NCBI GenBank assembly: GCA_965249135.1
Contig: OZ252220.1
Location: 896,001-960,000, forward strand
DNA: 64,000 nucleotides
Origin: Alphaproteobacteria bacterium
GTDB taxonomy: Bacteria; Pseudomonadota; Alphaproteobacteria; GCA-2746255
Direction: 5' to 3'
Shown here: positions 60,446-64,000 of the stretch, in pieces
How the letters are laid out: each line of letters opens with the position of its first letter
Numbering within the stretch: position 1 is the stretch's first letter
Made by a program: the position numbers and the translations under genes
The notes under the pieces: generated by a model
The model's database searches: none
What the model saw: only the letters and a program-made list of their open reading frames with translations
What the model was told of the DNA's origin: nothing

Positions 60446-60645
60446 GGGGGCACCGCGGGCCCTATTGCGATGCACAATATACCCCATTTTGATGCACTGC
60501 AACAAGAAAATCCGGATCTCACCGCCGTCCGGATCGGGATCTTTTCCAAAACCCGAATGTTTCTGGTGTTTTTTGCGAGGCCCCCGGCCCTCGTCCACTC
60601 CATTGCGCCGCAAAAAAAGGCCCCATACGGGGCCGGACGAAGGCC

Positions 60646-60877
60646 GCTTTTCTTGCAAGCGTGCCATGCCGAAGGAGCGAAAACTTCGTTACACTCCGCC
60701 TCCCAATCCCCCGCCATCGTTTAAAGAGCAGACCCAGTGAGCGTACCCGAATCCAAAATTAAACCGGCCACGCCGGCGAATTTGAAGCTTGCCGGAAAGC
60801 AGCTTCGCGAAGGCGGCCTCGTCGCCTTTCCGACGGAGACCGTCTATGGCCTCGGCGGGGACGCGACGAACGACCAG
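60646..60877 (+). repeat. 232-bp direct repeat, copy 1 (upstream region plus truncated tsaC 5' end)
   Basis: Identical to 62736-62967 apart from one mismatch seen (60720 vs 62810). Confidence 0.95.
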
Positions 60878-60972
60878 CGCAGACCTAGCGGAATGCTCTA
60901 CTTAATGGCCGTTGATACTGCGGCAGTGCACCCCGTGTCGAGGCAATGGAAAGACTACTAGCAACGCAGGGT

Positions 60973-62553
60973 CTAGCCAAACTCAAGAAATCGTGGATCG
61001 ATGTAGTCGGAGTCGTCCGCTATGGTGCTTTTCTCTCCCTCGATTTCGAACATGATTTCCAATTGATCCCTGCGGGTTTTTCTCCGAACTTTCCGCGAGC
61101 CAGCTACCGGCTTTGGGATCGGAGGAAGAACAGGCATCCTCCCCGCCAACAAGTCCTCAACGGTGGCAATTTGAATGGTTGGGAGCCGACCGTGGGCGGA
61201 GCGATTGACAAAGCCGTAGGCGGCAGCTTGGGAACGCATCGGTTGTGTTGGCTCCGCAAGAGTGATTAGAAGCCCCATCTGTGCGCCTTCCGCTTGAATA
61301 ACACCCTCCAACTCCCTCACCATCGCGACCCCAACATTCACGCCCCCTTTTACCGAGATGATGATCTTGCCAGTACCGTAAGGCCCATTCTTGAAGTAGA
61401 GCCGACCATCTACTCCTTTGTCCGCGCCACGGGTCTCGGTCTTATATGCCTGAGCGCCTAGCAGCCAACTAGCCCACCATTGAAACTGATGCTTGTCACG
61501 TTGAGCCAAATTACGGGCGCCCACTATGTCAGTCGGGCGACCGTGTACAGAATAGGCTGAGGGTAGAGTTCCGCGCTTCAAACGTTCCTCAATTAAACTG
61601 ATTGCATAATGAGTGACATCAATCCCGATCCAGCGGCGGTTCAACCGCTCTGCTGCCTCCACCGTGGTTCCACAGCCGCAAAATGGATCAAGGACCAGAT
61701 CTCCTTCGTTAGATGCCGCCATCAAGATGCGCTCCAAAAGTGCCAACGGCTTTTGCGTGGGGTATCCCACACGCTCCTTGGAAACGGGCGCGATGATGGG
61801 TATGGACCAAACATCGTTCAGCGCCACTCCCGCGCTATCCTGTTCTAACTCTTCAGTAGGTTTGCGGCGGCCGTCTTCAAAGAATGACACCTGCTGCTTC
61901 TTGCCCCCCCATCGCTTCTTAGAACTCTCCGTAGGTTCTTGGTAGAGCGTGTTGAAAGTGTTTTGCTTCGGATCGGCGGAATAGAAAAGAATCGTATCGT
62001 GCATTCTTTGAAAACGGCGCGCAGTAGTTGGCCATCTTCTGTAACTCCAGACTATTTCATTCTGAAATGAATTATGGCCGAAGGTCGCGTCTAAGATGAG
62101 CTTCAAATAATGACTTGCCGTAGGGTCACAGTGCAGGAAGATAGAGCCAGTATCTTTGAGCACATGCTTCAGCTCCAATAGCCTTACCGTCATCATGCAT
62201 AGATAGGCCATCATCCCGTTCTGACCGAGCCAACCTTTGAGGCTAGACACAAGCTCTGCCGGATCACCCCCGCGGACCATCACATTGTCATAAGCTTCCG
62301 CCGCTGGGCGCTCCCAACGCCAGGTATCGCGGAAGGCCTCAGCCTGTGCCTCCGATGGATCTCCAGCCTCAGAGGCGAAAAGCACGTTGTAGTTAGCGTC
62401 GGAATTGAAGGGCGGATCGAGGTAAATCAAGTCAACACTGGCGGGTTTCACATGTTCTCTGAGGACATCCAGATTGTCGCCAAAACAAAGCACGTTCAGA
62501 TTGTCGCCAAAATAAAGCACGTTTTCCATTTCCATAACTGTCCCCTTATCCAC
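60973..62553 (-). CDS. N6/N4 DNA methyltransferase (beta order) with a C-terminal Mrr-like domain
   Basis: DPPF precedes YPTQKP and DPFCGCGT; C-terminal DKGVDG...IISVKGG. Confidence 0.88.
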   Translation of the reverse strand: MDKGTVMEMENVLYFGDNLNVLCFGDNLDVLREHVKPASVDLIYLDPPFNSDANYNVLFASEAGDPSEAQAEAFRDTWRWERPAAEAYDNVMVRGGDPAELVSSLKGWLGQNGMMAYLCMMTVRLLELKHVLKDTGSIFLHCDPTASHYLKLILDATFGHNSFQNEIVWSYRRWPTTARRFQRMHDTILFYSADPKQNTFNTLYQEPTESSKKRWGGKKQQVSFFEDGRRKPTEELEQDSAGVALNDVWSIPIIAPVSKERVGYPTQKPLALLERILMAASNEGDLVLDPFCGCGTTVEAAERLNRRWIGIDVTHYAISLIEERLKRGTLPSAYSVHGRPTDIVGARNLAQRDKHQFQWWASWLLGAQAYKTETRGADKGVDGRLYFKNGPYGTGKIIISVKGGVNVGVAMVRELEGVIQAEGAQMGLLITLAEPTQPMRSQAAAYGFVNRSAHGRLPTIQIATVEDLLAGRMPVLPPIPKPVAGSRKVRRKTRRDQLEIMFEIEGEKSTIADDSDYIDPRFLEFG

Positions 62554-62566
62554 AAGCTGTGGATAA
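62546..62566. promoter_or_regulatory. Inverted pair of consensus DnaA boxes
   Basis: TTATCCACA-AGC-TGTGGATAA. Confidence 0.6.
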
Positions 62567-62735
62567 TCACCGAAAGACTCTGTAGAATCAATAAGATATC
62601 AATAGCTGCTAAAGCGTAATGTTAGCACATCTTGTGCCATCGCTTTGCCCAAGTACCAGTGGTTGAGTCGGCAATTTAACACGCCACGATCAGCGCCCGA
62701 TTTCCCAAAGCATAAATTGCCCCGGCTCCTGTTCT

Positions 62736-62967
62736 GCTTTTCTTGCAAGCGTGCCATGCCGAAGGAGCGAAAACTTCGTTACACTCCGCCTCCCAATCCC
62801 CCGCCATCGCTTAAAGAGCAGACCCAGTGAGCGTACCCGAATCCAAAATTAAACCGGCCACGCCGGCGAATTTGAAGCTTGCCGGAAAGCAGCTTCGCGA
62901 AGGCGGCCTCGTCGCCTTTCCGACGGAGACCGTCTATGGCCTCGGCGGGGACGCGACGAACGACCAG
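62736..62967 (+). repeat. 232-bp direct repeat, copy 2
   Basis: Matches 60646-60877 and continues into intact tsaC. Confidence 0.95.
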
Positions 62968-63852
62968 GCGATCGCGCGCATCTTCGCGATCAAGTCGCGG
63001 CCCTCCTTCAATCCCCTGATCGTCCACCTCGCCGACCGGGCGGCGGCCGAGAAGGTGGCGGTGTTCGATGACCGCGCACGCCTGCTCGCCGAACGTTTCT
63101 GGCCGGGATCGCTGACCCTCGTGCTGAAGCGGCGCGCCGACACGAAGGTGTCCGCACTTGCCAGCGCCGGTCTTCCGACGGTGGCGCTCCGGGCCCCTTT
63201 GAACGACGTCGCCCAGACGCTGCTGAAACATGCCGGCCGGCCGATCGCCGCCCCCAGCGCCAACCGCTCCGGCAATGTCAGCCCGACCACGGCCGAGCAC
63301 GTCGCGGCCTCGCTGGGCACGGCGGTCGATCTCATTCTCGACGGCGGCACTTGCGAGATCGGTATCGAATCGACGGTGCTCGACGTAAGCGGCGATCCGG
63401 CCCTTTTGCTGCGCCCCGGTGCCGTCACGGAAACGATGCTGCGTGATGCAATCGGCGACATCGAAGTGGTGACCGCCAGCGACGAGAAACGGCCCCGCTC
63501 GCCCGGCATGTCGGACCGCCACTACGCGCCCTCGATCCCGGTGCGGCTCGACGCCACCTCCGCCGAACCGGGAGACGCGTTGCTTTCGTTTGGAACCCAC
63601 ACGATCACCGGCTTCGCGGCGGAGCGCAATCTGAGCGAGAAGGGCGACCTCACCGAAGCGGCGGCGAATTTCTACCGGCTGTTGCGCGATCTCGATTGGT
63701 CCGGCTTCCGGACGATCGCCGTCACGCCGATCCCCGAGGAGGGGCTGGGCATCGCCATCAACGACCGCTTGCGCCGGGCCGCGGCGGCGACCGGGGAGGT
63801 GGCGCCGGACCTTGCGCCGAAGCCGAAGAAGCGGCGCAAGAAGAAGGCGTAG
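62827..63852 (+). CDS. tsaC: L-threonylcarbamoyladenylate synthase (Sua5)
   Basis: FPTETVYGLG, KSRPSFNPLIVH, APSAN and SPGM..HYAP. Confidence 0.96.
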   Translation: MSVPESKIKPATPANLKLAGKQLREGGLVAFPTETVYGLGGDATNDQAIARIFAIKSRPSFNPLIVHLADRAAAEKVAVFDDRARLLAERFWPGSLTLVLKRRADTKVSALASAGLPTVALRAPLNDVAQTLLKHAGRPIAAPSANRSGNVSPTTAEHVAASLGTAVDLILDGGTCEIGIESTVLDVSGDPALLLRPGAVTETMLRDAIGDIEVVTASDEKRPRSPGMSDRHYAPSIPVRLDATSAEPGDALLSFGTHTITGFAAERNLSEKGDLTEAAANFYRLLRDLDWSGFRTIAVTPIPEEGLGIAINDRLRRAAAATGEVAPDLAPKPKKRRKKKA

Positions 63853-63856
63853 AGCG

Positions 63857-64000
63857 ATGGCGGAGACGCGAGCAGCGCTCGCCGAATTGCAGGCCGCCCT
63901 TGGCCCCATTGGCTGGTCCGAAGATGAAGGCCTGCTCGCGCCGCACCTGATTGATGCCCGTGGTCGCTACGAAGGCAAAGCGCTGGGTCTCGCCAGGCCC
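63857..64000 (+). CDS. FAD-binding oxidoreductase, partial (runs off the window)
   Basis: LQAALGPIGW...APHLIDARGRYEG...ARP; this gene type commonly follows sua5. Confidence 0.65.
   Translation, partial: MAETRAALAELQAALGPIGWSEDEGLLAPHLIDARGRYEGKALGLARP

Noticed and set aside
60737-60961. Separate 74-aa Sua5-like gene
   Set aside because: It is the truncated repeat copy of the tsaC 5' end reading into cassette DNA.
62546-62620. Replication origin at the DnaA box pair
   Set aside because: Only two boxes, inside an acquired cassette, with no origin-linked genes nearby.
1-64000. CRISPR array or rRNA
   Set aside because: The repeats found are directly tandem without unique spacers; no cas genes or rRNA-like sequence were seen.

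Overview
GC-rich alphaproteobacterial chromosome segment (Rhodospirillales/Rhizobiales-like synteny). The core backbone carries DUF1192-qor-trcR, prpE, pfkA, a GGDEF protein, purEK, COQ9, def, rpsU, pntAB, pepF, an acyl-CoA ligase, IOR, apt, pyk, rpmJ, tRNA-Val, cpdR, an mmgR-like sRNA and tsaC. Five accessory regions interrupt it. (i) A redox/detox cassette at 1-4.8 kb. (ii) A small insert at 6.1-8.2 kb. (iii) An AT-richer HicA-like/HicB/third-gene module at 25-26.3 kb, with toxin and antitoxin fused in one ORF. (iv) A ~17.6-kb decayed island in tRNA-Val(GAC) at 41068-58715, holding two IS3 copies, two IS21 elements, an IS6 remnant, a 228-bp IS1595-type MITE, a Nif11-leader/2OG-Fe(II) oxygenase fusion gene, a Fur-box porin/FMN-binding/PepSY/ApbE operon, prophage relics and a PIN protein. 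(v) A DNA methyltransferase-Mrr-like gene between 232-bp direct repeats of the tsaC 5' region. Short tandem duplications and single-base disruptions are frequent, even in core genes. All calls come from reading the sequence and recalled family motifs; no searches were run.
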